NCBI GenBank assembly: GCA_036500225.1
Contig: DASYCJ010000118.1
Span: 8,784 to 72,783 of the forward strand
Length of the DNA stretch: 64,000 nucleotides
Direction of reading: 5' to 3'
Origin: Gammaproteobacteria bacterium
Lineage (GTDB): Bacteria > Pseudomonadota > Gammaproteobacteria > Natronospirales > REEB76
A program made the translations under genes and the position numbers. The notes beneath the pieces were generated by a model. It was given only the letters and a program-made list of their open reading frames with translations. It made no database searches and was not told the origin of the DNA. Positions 28,686 to 38,353 of this stretch are shown in pieces. Position 1 is the stretch's first letter. Every line of letters starts with the position of its first letter.

Positions 28686-31011
28686 GGCCTTCGGCAGCAG
28701 GCGGTGATGAGCCTGAGGTGCTGGCGGCGGGTGCCGCGGCGGTTGAGGGCGTGGGAGCTGCCGTGCTACCTGAGGCAGTGGCGGCCTTCGGTGCAGGCAT
28801 CATTGCAGGCGTCTGGGCGGGGGCCTGGGCCGGTGCCTGTTGCGGAGCGGTCGCCGGCCTCTGCGTGGGAGCCTGGGCAGGTGCTTGCATAGGGGCCGCT
28901 GCAGGTGCGCTCAAGGGTCTCTGCGCGGTAGCAGCAGGTGGCGGCTGAGTCGGCTGCACGTTGGGTTGCAAGGGCGGGTTGCCCTTGTTGTAGGTGCCGC
29001 TGTCCACTTTCGGGATGTCGTTCAGGAGCGGGCGCTCTTCACTGGGCAGCAACTGCACAGGGCTTCGATCCTTCAACTGCATGTCACGCATGTAGTTGTA
29101 GCGGTCGTTGGTATAGCGCTGCGAGGTCTCGCTGTCGCGCAAGATGCTGGGCTGGATGAATACCATCAGGTTGCGACGGGTGTTGTCGGTGCTGCGGTAC
29201 TTGAACAGGTTGCCGATGAGCGGGATGCTGCCCAGTACCGGCACCTGTTGCTCCGATTCCGTCAACGAGTGATCGATCAGGCCGCCGAGCACGATGATCT
29301 CGCCGGTCTTGGCCAACACGTTGGTGGTGATCTCGCGTTCGTCGGTCACCGGCTGGCCGCCGATGCTAGTGGCGGTCAGGTTCGACACGTTCTGGTCGAT
29401 CTTGAGCTGCACCGAGTCGCCCTCGTTGATTTGGGGCGTGATCTTTAGGGTGATGCCCACATCCTCACGATCGACGGTCTGGAAGGGGTTGATGACCGCA
29501 CTGCCGGTTGTGGAAGCACCGGTGGTGGCGCCGGTGTATTGGCCGGTCACGAATGGCACTTTCTGGGTGACCTTGATGGTCGCTTCCTGGTTGTCCAGGG
29601 TCACAACGCTCGGCGTCGAGAGGATGTTGGTCTCGCCGTCGCCCGACAGCGCGCGTAGCAGCGCCGCGATGCTGAAACCGCCGCTAGAGATCTTGCCCAA
29701 GCCGAGGGTCAGACCCTGGGGTGGGGTGAAGCCGGTAGTGGCAGTACCGGTAGAAGCGGATTGTTGGGCAGCCAGAGCTGCCTGACCCACGCCCACGATG
29801 CCGGCGCCGGTATTGCTGAAGTCGGTCAAGCCGATGCTGCCGCTGTTGGCTGCATCCGCCACCCAGGTCACGCCGAGTTCAGCGGACTTGTCTGACGTGA
29901 GTTCCGCTTCGATAGCCTGTACCAGCACCTGGGCGCGGCGGATGTCGATCCTGCCGATCACCTCCTGCATGGCGCGCATCAACTTCGGTGGTGCGGTGAT
30001 GATGAGCGAGTTGGTGCGATCATCCGGGATCACCGATACGTCGGTGTTGGCTCCGCCGCCGCCTGCGGCCGGCGCCGGTTTGCCGCCGCCCTGTTTGGAT
30101 AAATCGGTCACGTAGCCTTTGAGTTCGTCGGCGATGTCCTTGGCCTTGGCATAGTGCAGGTACACCACCTGGGTATCGCCGCTCTCCAGCGGCATGTCTA
30201 GCTGTGCGATCAATGCACGCACGTGCAGACGCTGGCCCTTGTCGCCGCTCACCAGGATGCTGTTGGTGCGCTCATCCGGCACCAGTTTCAAGGGCGCGCC
30301 GTTCTGGCCGCTGGCATCTGCCTGCATCAGACTGGTGAGCACCTGCACCACCTCGGAGGCCGGCGCATTCTGCAGAGTGATGATCTCGATATCGCTCTCG
30401 GTGGCTTGGTCGATGCGCGCGATGATCTCCAGCATGCGGGTCACGTTGCTGGCGCGGTCCGACATGATCAACACGTTGGACTGCGGATAGGCAGCGAGCT
30501 GGGCCTCCGTGGACATCAGCGGCCGCAACACCGGCACCAACTGGGTGGCGGAGACATTGCTGATCTGCACCACGTGGGTGACCACTGCGTCACCGGGCGT
30601 GCCCGAGTTGTAATCCGGTCCCGGCATCTGGCGCGCTTCCAAGGAAGGCACGATCTTGATGACCTGTCCCGCGGGTGCGGCAGCGAGGCCATGCACTTCC
30701 AGCACGGAGAGGAAAGTGGCGTAGACCGCATCCGCATCCACGGGACGGGAGGAGACGATGGTGACCCGACCCTGCACGCGCGGATCGATGATGAAGTTCT
30801 TGTGGGTGATCTGGCCGATGGCCACGATCACCTTGCGGATGTCGTCATCCACGAAGTTGAGGGTGATACCGCCGCCGCCGCCGCCGGGGTTGCCTTGGCC
30901 AGGGTCAGCAGCGCGCGCGGCCAAGCTGCCCATCAATAGGGTCGAGGCAGCCAGAAGCAGGGCGGCTATGCGCATCCTGCGCCGGGAGGTTGGGTCCAAG
31001 GTCGGTCTCAC
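28660..31011 (-). CDS. gspD: Type II secretion system secretin GspD with a Pro/Ala-rich C-terminal extension
   Basis: 783 aa with a signal peptide, N0-N3 domains ([31 protein letters not shown]...) and a secretin domain (...VLGGLI...[15 protein letters not shown]...[13 protein letters not shown]). It ends in a low-complexity tail of about 105 aa. Confidence 0.9.
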   Translation of the reverse strand: MRPTLDPTSRRRMRIAALLLAASTLLMGSLAARAADPGQGNPGGGGGGITLNFVDDDIRKVIVAIGQITHKNFIIDPRVQGRVTIVSSRPVDADAVYATFLSVLEVHGLAAAPAGQVIKIVPSLEARQMPGPDYNSGTPGDAVVTHVVQISNVSATQLVPVLRPLMSTEAQLAAYPQSNVLIMSDRASNVTRMLEIIARIDQATESDIEIITLQNAPASEVVQVLTSLMQADASGQNGAPLKLVPDERTNSILVSGDKGQRLHVRALIAQLDMPLESGDTQVVYLHYAKAKDIADELKGYVTDLSKQGGGKPAPAAGGGGANTDVSVIPDDRTNSLIITAPPKLMRAMQEVIGRIDIRRAQVLVQAIEAELTSDKSAELGVTWVADAANSGSIGLTDFSNTGAGIVGVGQAALAAQQSASTGTATTGFTPPQGLTLGLGKISSGGFSIAALLRALSGDGETNILSTPSVVTLDNQEATIKVTQKVPFVTGQYTGATTGASTTGSAVINPFQTVDREDVGITLKITPQINEGDSVQLKIDQNVSNLTATSIGGQPVTDEREITTNVLAKTGEIIVLGGLIDHSLTESEQQVPVLGSIPLIGNLFKYRSTDNTRRNLMVFIQPSILRDSETSQRYTNDRYNYMRDMQLKDRSPVQLLPSEERPLLNDIPKVDSGTYNKGNPPLQPNVQPTQPPPAATAQRPLSAPAAAPMQAPAQAPTQRPATAPQQAPAQAPAQTPAMMPAPKAATASGSTAAPTPSTAAAPAASTSGSSPPAAEGHGSHARAA

Positions 31012-31051
31012 ACTGACACCTTAATATATATGGAGGTGGCGGCGCCACGGC

Positions 31052-32032
31052 TCACGGGGGGTTATCCGGCTGTTGGTCGTTATCCTGTTCCTGTTGCTGC
31101 TGGCGCAGGTCCTGCATGCTGGCTGGCGGCATCTGCAGTATCTGGGTCTGCTGCTGGCCATTGCGTATCAGCCCCACGCTGATCTGGTCGCTGGTCTTGA
31201 GGCTGGAGAGCACGCGCATGCTCTGGGCTGGGTCCGTGAGCGGGATGCCGTTCACGCTATTCACCACGTCGCCGGGTTTCAGGCCCAACTGGTTGAAGAC
31301 CGAGGGGTTGCCGGCGGGATAGATGCGGTAGCCGGTTAGCTTGCCGTGATCCATCACCGGCATGGTACGTACCACCTGCATGAGGCGGGTCGGGTTGTTC
31401 ATGATCTCCTGGCGCAACTGCCCCAGGTTCTGGGTCGGTGGTGCCATGGACTGGGGCTGCGCCCCCATGGATTGTCCATCGTTGTTGCCGCCGCCTATGT
31501 CCTGTTGGGGTAGACGTAGAGTCTCGAGGCGTCCGCCTCGATCCAGGAGCACCCGGTCGGCATAGATGGCATGGATGGTGACTCCACCCGGCAACTGTGC
31601 GCCCACGCCATAGGGTTCCTCGTCACCGTTGGCCTCGATCAATGCTCGAGAATCGGTAGCCCGTTTGGCGGCAGCGATGCCGTGCAAGGTGAAGGCGAGG
31701 GTGGTATCCGGCGCGGGGCCGGTGTTACTGGCCTGCGCGGTGCCGAAGAGATGCTTGTCCGCTACTTGTTCCGCATCTACCTGATGCGCGGCCATTGTTG
31801 GAGCGGCGGTCGAGACCGATGCGGTGTTGCGGCGCGGGATCATTGACCAGGTGAGTTCAGCAAAGAGCCAGGCCAGCACCAACACCAATACCGCACTGGC
31901 TAGAGTCGGGCCAGCATGCTGGAGGAGATGGCCCCAGCGCCGCAGGGTCGCTTCCATGCCCTGGTTGCGGAGTGGGAAAGTTTGCATAGCCATAGGCTGA
32001 TCTGGGGAGCCGCTGGAGTGTCCGGCGGTCAA
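31052..32032 (-). CDS. gspC: Type II secretion system protein GspC (PDZ-containing)
   Basis: N-terminal TM segment (LASAVLVLVLAWLFAELTW), an HR-like region (TLHGIAAAKRATDSRALIEANGDEEPYGVGAQLPGGVTIHAIYADRVLLDRGGRLETLRL) and a PDZ-like C-terminus (YRIYPAGNPSVFNQLGLKPGDVVNSVNGIPLTD). It lies directly upstream of gspD. The start is uncertain; internal Mets lie at about 31993 and 31957. Confidence 0.7.
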   Translation of the reverse strand: MTAGHSSGSPDQPMAMQTFPLRNQGMEATLRRWGHLLQHAGPTLASAVLVLVLAWLFAELTWSMIPRRNTASVSTAAPTMAAHQVDAEQVADKHLFGTAQASNTGPAPDTTLAFTLHGIAAAKRATDSRALIEANGDEEPYGVGAQLPGGVTIHAIYADRVLLDRGGRLETLRLPQQDIGGGNNDGQSMGAQPQSMAPPTQNLGQLRQEIMNNPTRLMQVVRTMPVMDHGKLTGYRIYPAGNPSVFNQLGLKPGDVVNSVNGIPLTDPAQSMRVLSSLKTSDQISVGLIRNGQQQTQILQMPPASMQDLRQQQQEQDNDQQPDNPP

Positions 32033-32137
32033 TGACGCATGATAACGGCCGCCCCCTTACCCCCTCAAGGGGCAGGGGGTCCCGCACCGGCTTTCATATA
32101 CACTTAAGTTACATAACAAGTCGTTTGGGGCGTTATT

Positions 32138-34363
32138 TTGTTCACCGCTCGCCACCTCATCAGGGTCGCCATCAGCTTGGCGCTTTTCATCGTTTTCTTC
32201 GCCTACGTGAACGGTGCTCTGCCGCTGTCGCTGGTGGACCAGATGGAGCGTTCAGCCTACGACGCGCGGGTCCGGCTCTCCTCCAGTCGCACCATGGATC
32301 ACCGCATCGTGATCGTGGACATCGACGACAAGACCCTCAAGGAGCAGGGCCAATGGCCCCTGCCGCGGGACAAGTTCGCCCAGTTGATGGACAACCTCTT
32401 CAACAAGTACCACATCAAGGTGGTGGGCTTTGACGTTGAGTTCCCGGATGCTGACCGCAGCCAGGACCTAGCGTTGCTCGATGACTTGTCTAACGGCGCT
32501 TTGAAGGGCGACCCGGCGTTTATCGTCCAGGCGGACAAGGTCCGCCCGCAACTGGAGCGGGACAAGATCTTCGCCGCGAGTCTGGCTCATCGCCCTGCGG
32601 TGCTGGGCTACGTCTTTTACGCAGCTGACTCTCCGGAGTCGGAGCAGAAGCTCGGACAGTTGCCGCCGGCAGCCATCCCGGATGCCCAGAACCGCTATCC
32701 GCTGTTGGTGTTCCCGAAATCGGTGGGCTACACCGCGAACCTCCCGATGCTGGAGTCCGCGGCCGCAGGCCACGGCTACTTCTCCAACGCGCCGGACGAA
32801 GACGGTTCCATGCGCCGGGTGAACCTGCTGCAGGAATACAACGGCGATGTCTACGCGTCGTTGGATATCGCGGTGTTGCAGGTCTTGGAGAACGGCGCAC
32901 CAGTGACCTTGGGTTTCGATTCGGGCGTCCAGGACATGGGCCACCTGGAAGACGTGGTGGTCGGCAATGCCGTCATCCCGGTGGATGATGAGATGAATGC
33001 GTTGGTGCCATACCGCGGTCCCTTCAAGAGTTTTCCTTATGTCTCGGCCACAGACGTCATCAAGGGCGTGGCGCCAGCCGATGTGCTCAACGACGCGGTG
33101 GTCTACATCGGCACCTCGTCACCTGGGCTTGAGGACTTGCGGAGCACGCCGGTTGGATTGTCGTACCCCGGAGTGGAGGTGCATGCCAACCTCATGTCCG
33201 GCGTGTTCGACAACCGCGTGATGAATGCCCATCCGCAGTATCTGCGTGGTGCACTGGTCTTGTTGCTGGCGCTCATCGCCGTGCTCATCACCTGGGTCGC
33301 AACAACCCGTTCCGTCATCACCGGCGCGGTGGTCGCGGTGGGCACGGGCGTGGTGATCCTGTTCGGTAACCTGGCGCTGTGGAAGTACGGCACCGTGGTG
33401 TTCCCCTTGATGCCGCCGCTGGTATTCCTGTTGGCGCTGTATGTGTTCCATCTCCTGTATGGTTTCTTCGTCGAGTCCCGCGGCAAGCGCCACCTCTCGA
33501 AGATGTTCAGCCAGTACATCCCGCCGGAGCTGGTGGAGGAGATGGATACCCGCAAGGACACGGCGTCCATGGAGAGCGAGAGCCGTGAGCTCACGGTGAT
33601 GTTCGCCGACGTGCGCGACTTCACCAGCATCTCCGAGGCCCTGCAGCCCAAGGACCTGTCCCAGCTGATGAACGAGTACCTGACGCCCATGACCCGCGTC
33701 ATCCATACCCATCGCGGCACCATCGACAAATACATGGGTGACGCCATCATGTCCTTCTGGGGAGCGCCGCTGCATTATCCCGACCATGCCAAGTACGCGG
33801 TCGAGACAGCCCTCCAGATGACCGACACCTTGGCGGAGCTGAACAAGACCTTCGAGGCCAAGGGCTGGCCGAAGCTGCGCATCGGTGTCGGCATCACCAC
33901 TGGCGTGATGAGCGTCGGAGACATGGGTTCCGAGTTCCGTCGCGCCTACACGGTGATGGGCGATGCGGTGAACTTGAGTTCCCGCCTGGAAGGCCTGACC
34001 AAGGAATATAAGGTGCAGATCCTGTGTAGCGAGATGACTAAGGACGCGGCGCCGGACTTCCAATACCTGGAGCTCGACCGAGTGCGGGTCAAGGGCAAAG
34101 AGAAGCCGGTGGGCATCTATGAGCCCCTCATGCACAAGGACGCGGTGGGTAAGGACATGAAGTCGCTGTTGCTGCGTCACAAGCAGGCGCTCACGGCCTA
34201 CCGTGCCCAGGATTGGGATGGCGCCGAGAAAGAATTCTTCCAGCTGCAACAATCCAACCAGGGGATGCCCGTATATGGCATGTACCTGGACCGCATCGCA
34301 TATTTCAGGAGTCATCCTCCGGGCGACGGTTGGGATGGCGTCTTTACGTTTAAGACTAAATAA
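32138..34363 (+). CDS. CHASE2 sensor domain / class III adenylate-guanylate cyclase
   Basis: 741 aa with an N-terminal TM segment, a periplasmic CHASE2-like region (IVIVDIDDKTLKEQGQWPLPRDKFA...) and three TM helices. The cyclase domain follows (ELTVMFADVRDFTSISE...GDAIMSFWGAP...GDAVNLSSRLEG). Confidence 0.85.
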   Translation: MFTARHLIRVAISLALFIVFFAYVNGALPLSLVDQMERSAYDARVRLSSSRTMDHRIVIVDIDDKTLKEQGQWPLPRDKFAQLMDNLFNKYHIKVVGFDVEFPDADRSQDLALLDDLSNGALKGDPAFIVQADKVRPQLERDKIFAASLAHRPAVLGYVFYAADSPESEQKLGQLPPAAIPDAQNRYPLLVFPKSVGYTANLPMLESAAAGHGYFSNAPDEDGSMRRVNLLQEYNGDVYASLDIAVLQVLENGAPVTLGFDSGVQDMGHLEDVVVGNAVIPVDDEMNALVPYRGPFKSFPYVSATDVIKGVAPADVLNDAVVYIGTSSPGLEDLRSTPVGLSYPGVEVHANLMSGVFDNRVMNAHPQYLRGALVLLLALIAVLITWVATTRSVITGAVVAVGTGVVILFGNLALWKYGTVVFPLMPPLVFLLALYVFHLLYGFFVESRGKRHLSKMFSQYIPPELVEEMDTRKDTASMESESRELTVMFADVRDFTSISEALQPKDLSQLMNEYLTPMTRVIHTHRGTIDKYMGDAIMSFWGAPLHYPDHAKYAVETALQMTDTLAELNKTFEAKGWPKLRIGVGITTGVMSVGDMGSEFRRAYTVMGDAVNLSSRLEGLTKEYKVQILCSEMTKDAAPDFQYLELDRVRVKGKEKPVGIYEPLMHKDAVGKDMKSLLLRHKQALTAYRAQDWDGAEKEFFQLQQSNQGMPVYGMYLDRIAYFRSHPPGDGWDGVFTFKTK

Positions 34364-34612
34364 GTTCGGCGCCGGGTCCACGCTGCACCTTCCCTGGCGT
34401 CGATCCTTGCCCGGCCATCCCTGGCGGGACATTCGCCGCATGCGGCGAACTCAAGGCCAAGTGAGCCCGTGGGCGGCATGTGACGGCCGTCACGCGACAC
34501 ATCTTCGCGGCCTGTGAGCCCGCGCACCGATTGGTTTCCCCGCGGTTGCTAGCCTTCAAGGTCCCGGAATTACCGGGCCTGTGGGCGGGGCGTTTTCGGC
34601 TAAAATTGCTGC

Positions 34613-34936
34613 ATGGCAGACGAAAGACTCGATGAGGACCAGCGCAGCGGTCTCCTGGTGGAGGAGACCAAGCCGCGGGTCAAGAAACCACCCCTCTATA
34701 AGGTGGTCTTGTTAAACGATGACTACACCCCCATGGAGTTCGTTGTGGAGATCCTGCAGAACTTCTTCCGCATGGACCGCAGCAAGGCCACCCAGGTCAT
34801 GCTCCACGTCCATACCCGCGGCAAGGGAGTGTGCGGTGTGTTCACCTACGAGATCGCCGAGACCAAGGCCGCTCATGTGAACGACTACTCCCGCAAGCAC
34901 CAGCACCCGTTGCTGTGCACCTTAGAGGAGGCTTGA
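34613..34936 (+). CDS. clpS: ATP-dependent Clp protease adaptor ClpS
   Basis: 107 aa. ...[27 protein letters not shown]...[27 protein letters not shown]. Confidence 0.9.
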   Translation: MADERLDEDQRSGLLVEETKPRVKKPPLYKVVLLNDDYTPMEFVVEILQNFFRMDRSKATQVMLHVHTRGKGVCGVFTYEIAETKAAHVNDYSRKHQHPLLCTLEEA

Positions 34937-34943
34937 GAGCCCC

Positions 34944-37232
34944 GTGTTGAGCAAAGAACTGGAATTCTGTCTGAACGCTGCCTTCAAGGAGGCCCGCACC
35001 CAGCGCCACGAGTTCATCACCGTGGAGCATCTGCTGTTGGCTTTGCTGGACGTACCGAGTGTGGTGGATGTACTCAAGGCCTGCGGCACCGGCATCGATA
35101 ACTTGCGCCGGGAGCTCAGTGACTACATCCGTGAGACCACGCCGTTGGTGGACTCCGATGAGCCGGATGTGCAACCGACCTTAGGCTTCCAGCGGGTGTT
35201 GCAACGCGCGGTGTTCCACATCCAGTCTTCTGGCAAGAAAGAAGTCACCGGCCTCAACGTGCTGGTAGCCATCTTCGGCGAGAAGGAATCCCATGCGGTC
35301 TATCTACTGGGCCGCCATGGCGTGTCGCGCCTGGACATCGTCAATTACATCTCCCATGGCATCTCCAAGATCAGCGAGGACGATGCCCGCGAGGCGCCCA
35401 CCGAGACGGGTGAGGACGAGGAGGAAGGGTCGGCCAAGCCCGGGCGCACTGCCCTTGAGACCTACACCTCCAACCTCAATGAGCTGGCCCGCGAAGGCAA
35501 GCTCGACCCGTTGATCGGTCGCGAGCATGAGATCGAGCGAACGGTGCAGATCCTGTGCCGGCGCCGCAAGAACAACCCGCTGTATGTCGGCGAAGCCGGC
35601 GTCGGCAAGACTGCCCTGGCCGAAGGCCTGGCGCTGATGATCGTTGAGAAGAGAGTGCCTGAGGTCCTGGAAGGCGCCACGGTGTATTCGCTGGACATGG
35701 GCTCGCTCATCGCCGGAACCAAGTATCGGGGCGACTTCGAGAAGCGCTTGAAAGGCGTGATGGCGGAGCTCAAGAAAGACCCGGGTGCGATCCTGTTCAT
35801 CGATGAGATCCACACCGTAATCGGTGCCGGCGCCGCTTCCGGCGGCGTGATGGACGCTTCCAACCTCATCAAGCCGGTGCTGTCCAATGGCAGCCTGCGC
35901 TGCATCGGTTCCACCACCTACCAGGAATACCGTGGCATCTTCGAGAAGGACAGGGCGCTGGCGCGGCGCTTCCAGAAGATCGACGTGCCGGAACCCTCCA
36001 TTGAAGAGACCGCGCGCATCCTGAAGGGCCTGCGCCACAAGTTCGAGGAGCACCATGGGGTCAAATACCCCAACAAGGTGCTGGAGATCGCCGCGGACCT
36101 GGCGGCGCGCTTCATCAATGACCGGCATCTGCCGGATAAGGCCATCGACGTCATCGACGAAGCCGGCGCCAACATGCGCCTGAAACCCGCCAACAAGCGC
36201 CGTCGCACCATCACGGTGCAGGACATCGAGGAGATCGTCGCTAAGATCGCCCGCATCCCCCCCAAGAGCGTCTCGGCCTCCGACAAGGAGAGCCTGCGCA
36301 ACCTGGAGCGGGACCTGAAGCTGGTGATCTACGGCCAGGACAAGGCCGTCGAAGCCCTCGGCGCCGCCATCAAGATGGCGCGTTCAGGCTTGGGCAGCGA
36401 ACAGAAGCCCATCGGTTCCTTCCTGTTCGCCGGTCCCACCGGCGTCGGCAAGACCGAGGTCACGCGCCAGCTCGCCATGATCATGGGCATCGAATTGGTG
36501 CGCTTCGACATGTCCGAGTATATGGAGCGTCACACGGTGTCGCGGCTGATCGGCGCACCTCCGGGTTACGTAGGGTTCGACCAGGGTGGCCTGCTCACGG
36601 AAGCCATCTTGAAGCAGCCCCATTGCGTGCTGCTGCTGGATGAGATCGAGAAGGCTCACCCCGAGGTCTTCAACCTGCTGTTGCAGGTCATGGACCACGG
36701 CACACTGACCGACAACAACGGCCGCAAGGCGGATTTCCGCAATGTGATCCTGGTGATGACCACCAACGCCGGTGCCGAGGATATGGCCAAGAGTGGCATC
36801 GGCTTCACGCTCCAAGATGCCTCGCCGGATGGCATGCAGGCCATCAAGCGCATGTTCAGCCCCGAGTTCCGTAACCGTCTGGATGCCGTGATCCACTTCA
36901 ACAGCCTGGATCACCGCACCGTGGCCAAGGTGGTGGACAAGTTCGTCATCGAGATGGAAGAGCAACTCCAAGCCAAGGGCGTGACCCTGGCGGTGGACGA
37001 AGCGGCCCGCAAGCTCATCGCCGAGCGCGGCTACGACCCCAAGATGGGCGCCCGCCCCATGGCGCGCATGGTGCAGGACACCTTGAAGAAGCCGCTGGCG
37101 GAAGAGCTGTTGTTCGGCCGCCTGATACAGGGTGGGCACGTGCGGGTCACGGTCAAGGACGGAGAGTTCTACATGGATATCGAACCCGCCACGCCGAAGC
37201 TGCCAGCGCCGGCCCATTCCGAAGAAGAGTAG
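34944..37232 (+). CDS. clpA: ATP-dependent Clp protease ATP-binding subunit ClpA
   Basis: 762 aa with a GTG start. It has two AAA+ modules (GEAGVGKTALAEGLA; GPTGVGKTEVTRQLA) and a Clp N-domain. Confidence 0.95.
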   Translation: MLSKELEFCLNAAFKEARTQRHEFITVEHLLLALLDVPSVVDVLKACGTGIDNLRRELSDYIRETTPLVDSDEPDVQPTLGFQRVLQRAVFHIQSSGKKEVTGLNVLVAIFGEKESHAVYLLGRHGVSRLDIVNYISHGISKISEDDAREAPTETGEDEEEGSAKPGRTALETYTSNLNELAREGKLDPLIGREHEIERTVQILCRRRKNNPLYVGEAGVGKTALAEGLALMIVEKRVPEVLEGATVYSLDMGSLIAGTKYRGDFEKRLKGVMAELKKDPGAILFIDEIHTVIGAGAASGGVMDASNLIKPVLSNGSLRCIGSTTYQEYRGIFEKDRALARRFQKIDVPEPSIEETARILKGLRHKFEEHHGVKYPNKVLEIAADLAARFINDRHLPDKAIDVIDEAGANMRLKPANKRRRTITVQDIEEIVAKIARIPPKSVSASDKESLRNLERDLKLVIYGQDKAVEALGAAIKMARSGLGSEQKPIGSFLFAGPTGVGKTEVTRQLAMIMGIELVRFDMSEYMERHTVSRLIGAPPGYVGFDQGGLLTEAILKQPHCVLLLDEIEKAHPEVFNLLLQVMDHGTLTDNNGRKADFRNVILVMTTNAGAEDMAKSGIGFTLQDASPDGMQAIKRMFSPEFRNRLDAVIHFNSLDHRTVAKVVDKFVIEMEEQLQAKGVTLAVDEAARKLIAERGYDPKMGARPMARMVQDTLKKPLAEELLFGRLIQGGHVRVTVKDGEFYMDIEPATPKLPAPAHSEEE

Positions 37233-37252
37233 AGGTCGGTCCGCTCAGAACG

Positions 37253-37284
37253 AAAAAAAAGCCGGGGCCTGCCCCGGCTTTTTC
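37253..37284. terminator. Bidirectional rho-independent terminator between convergent clpA and infA
   Basis: AAAAAAAA-GCCGGGGC-ct-GCCCCGGC-TTTTTC. Confidence 0.75.
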
Positions 37285-37352
37285 TTTACGAAGATTTCGG
37301 CGTTATTCGCCGCGGAACAGTGCGACGCATGCTTCGCACCGGCTCTCGTCGA

Positions 37353-37571
37353 TCATTTGCCCCGGAAGACGATGCGACCTTTAGTGAGGTCATACGGAGT
37401 TAGTTCCACAGTGACGCGGTCACCGGTGAGGATGCGGATGTAGTGCTTACGCATACGCCCGGAGATGTGGGCGAGCACCACGTGGCCGTTGTCCAATTCG
37501 ACCCGGAACGTGGTGTTGGGCAGGGTCTCCACGACCTTGCCTTCCATCTGGATGCTTTCTTCTTTAGCCAT
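37353..37571 (-). CDS. infA: Translation initiation factor IF-1
   Basis: [70 protein letters not shown]. Confidence 0.95.
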   Translation of the reverse strand: MAKEESIQMEGKVVETLPNTTFRVELDNGHVVLAHISGRMRKHYIRILTGDRVTVELTPYDLTKGRIVFRGK

Positions 37572-37621
37572 AGACCTGCTGCGGTTTGTTGAGCGCGCAG
37601 ATTCTGACGTATCGGCCGCAG

Positions 37622-38353
37622 CTATTCAACTTGTGCGGCCTGGGCACCGGCCTGCCAGCCGTCTGTCCCCAGGGTCTCGAAGGGCCGGAAACGGTGCTTG
37701 TAGGACATCTTGCGGCTTTCCGCTATCCAATAGCCGAGATATAGCCATGCCAGGCGGCGGCGGCGGGCCCGTTCTATCTGTATCAGGATCGCGTAGGTAC
37801 CCAGGCTCCGCTCCGGAAGCATGGGGTCGTAAAAGGTGTAGACCGCGGACAACGCATCTGGAAGCTCGTCGGTCACTGCCACCGCCAAGAGCCGGCCATC
37901 GAGCCTAAGCTCCATGAGGCAGGTCTTGCCCCAAGGGCTCAAAAGGAACTGGCGGTAATCCGTTTCTCCGCCGCTGGCCATGCCGCCATCCGGATGGCGT
38001 GCCGCCACATAACGGCCATACAGCGCGAAATGTTCCGGGTCGAACTCCGCGGGACGCTCGATGCAGAGCAGATCGGAGTTGCGCTTCAAGACCCGCTTCT
38101 GGCCCCGATCCGGTTTGAAAGCCGAGACTGGCACCCGGATCGGCACGCAGGCCTGACAGCCTTCGCAATGGGGACGATATACATAAGGGCCACTGCGGCG
38201 GAATCCGTGAGTTGCCAGCACGCCATAGAGAGACTGATCCATGCCCAATCTCGGATCCACGAATACCGTGCGCGCCTGGCGTTCCGGCAGGTAGTTGCAG
38301 GGGTGTTCCGGCGAGATATAGAGGTCGAGGTTGTGGGTGTCGGCCATGCTCAA
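37622..38353 (-). CDS. bpt: Arginyl-tRNA-protein transferase family protein (bacterial Bpt/Ate, aspartate/glutamate leucyltransferase)
   Basis: 243 aa. ...[18 protein letters not shown]..., ...[25 protein letters not shown]... and ...[10 protein letters not shown]...[12 protein letters not shown].... Confidence 0.85.
   Translation of the reverse strand: MSMADTHNLDLYISPEHPCNYLPERQARTVFVDPRLGMDQSLYGVLATHGFRRSGPYVYRPHCEGCQACVPIRVPVSAFKPDRGQKRVLKRNSDLLCIERPAEFDPEHFALYGRYVAARHPDGGMASGGETDYRQFLLSPWGKTCLMELRLDGRLLAVAVTDELPDALSAVYTFYDPMLPERSLGTYAILIQIERARRRRLAWLYLGYWIAESRKMSYKHRFRPFETLGTDGWQAGAQAAQVE

Noticed and set aside
33119-34441. A 440-aa minus-strand ORF opposite the CHASE2 cyclase
   Set aside because: Shadow ORF. 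The plus-strand product has intact cyclase motifs.
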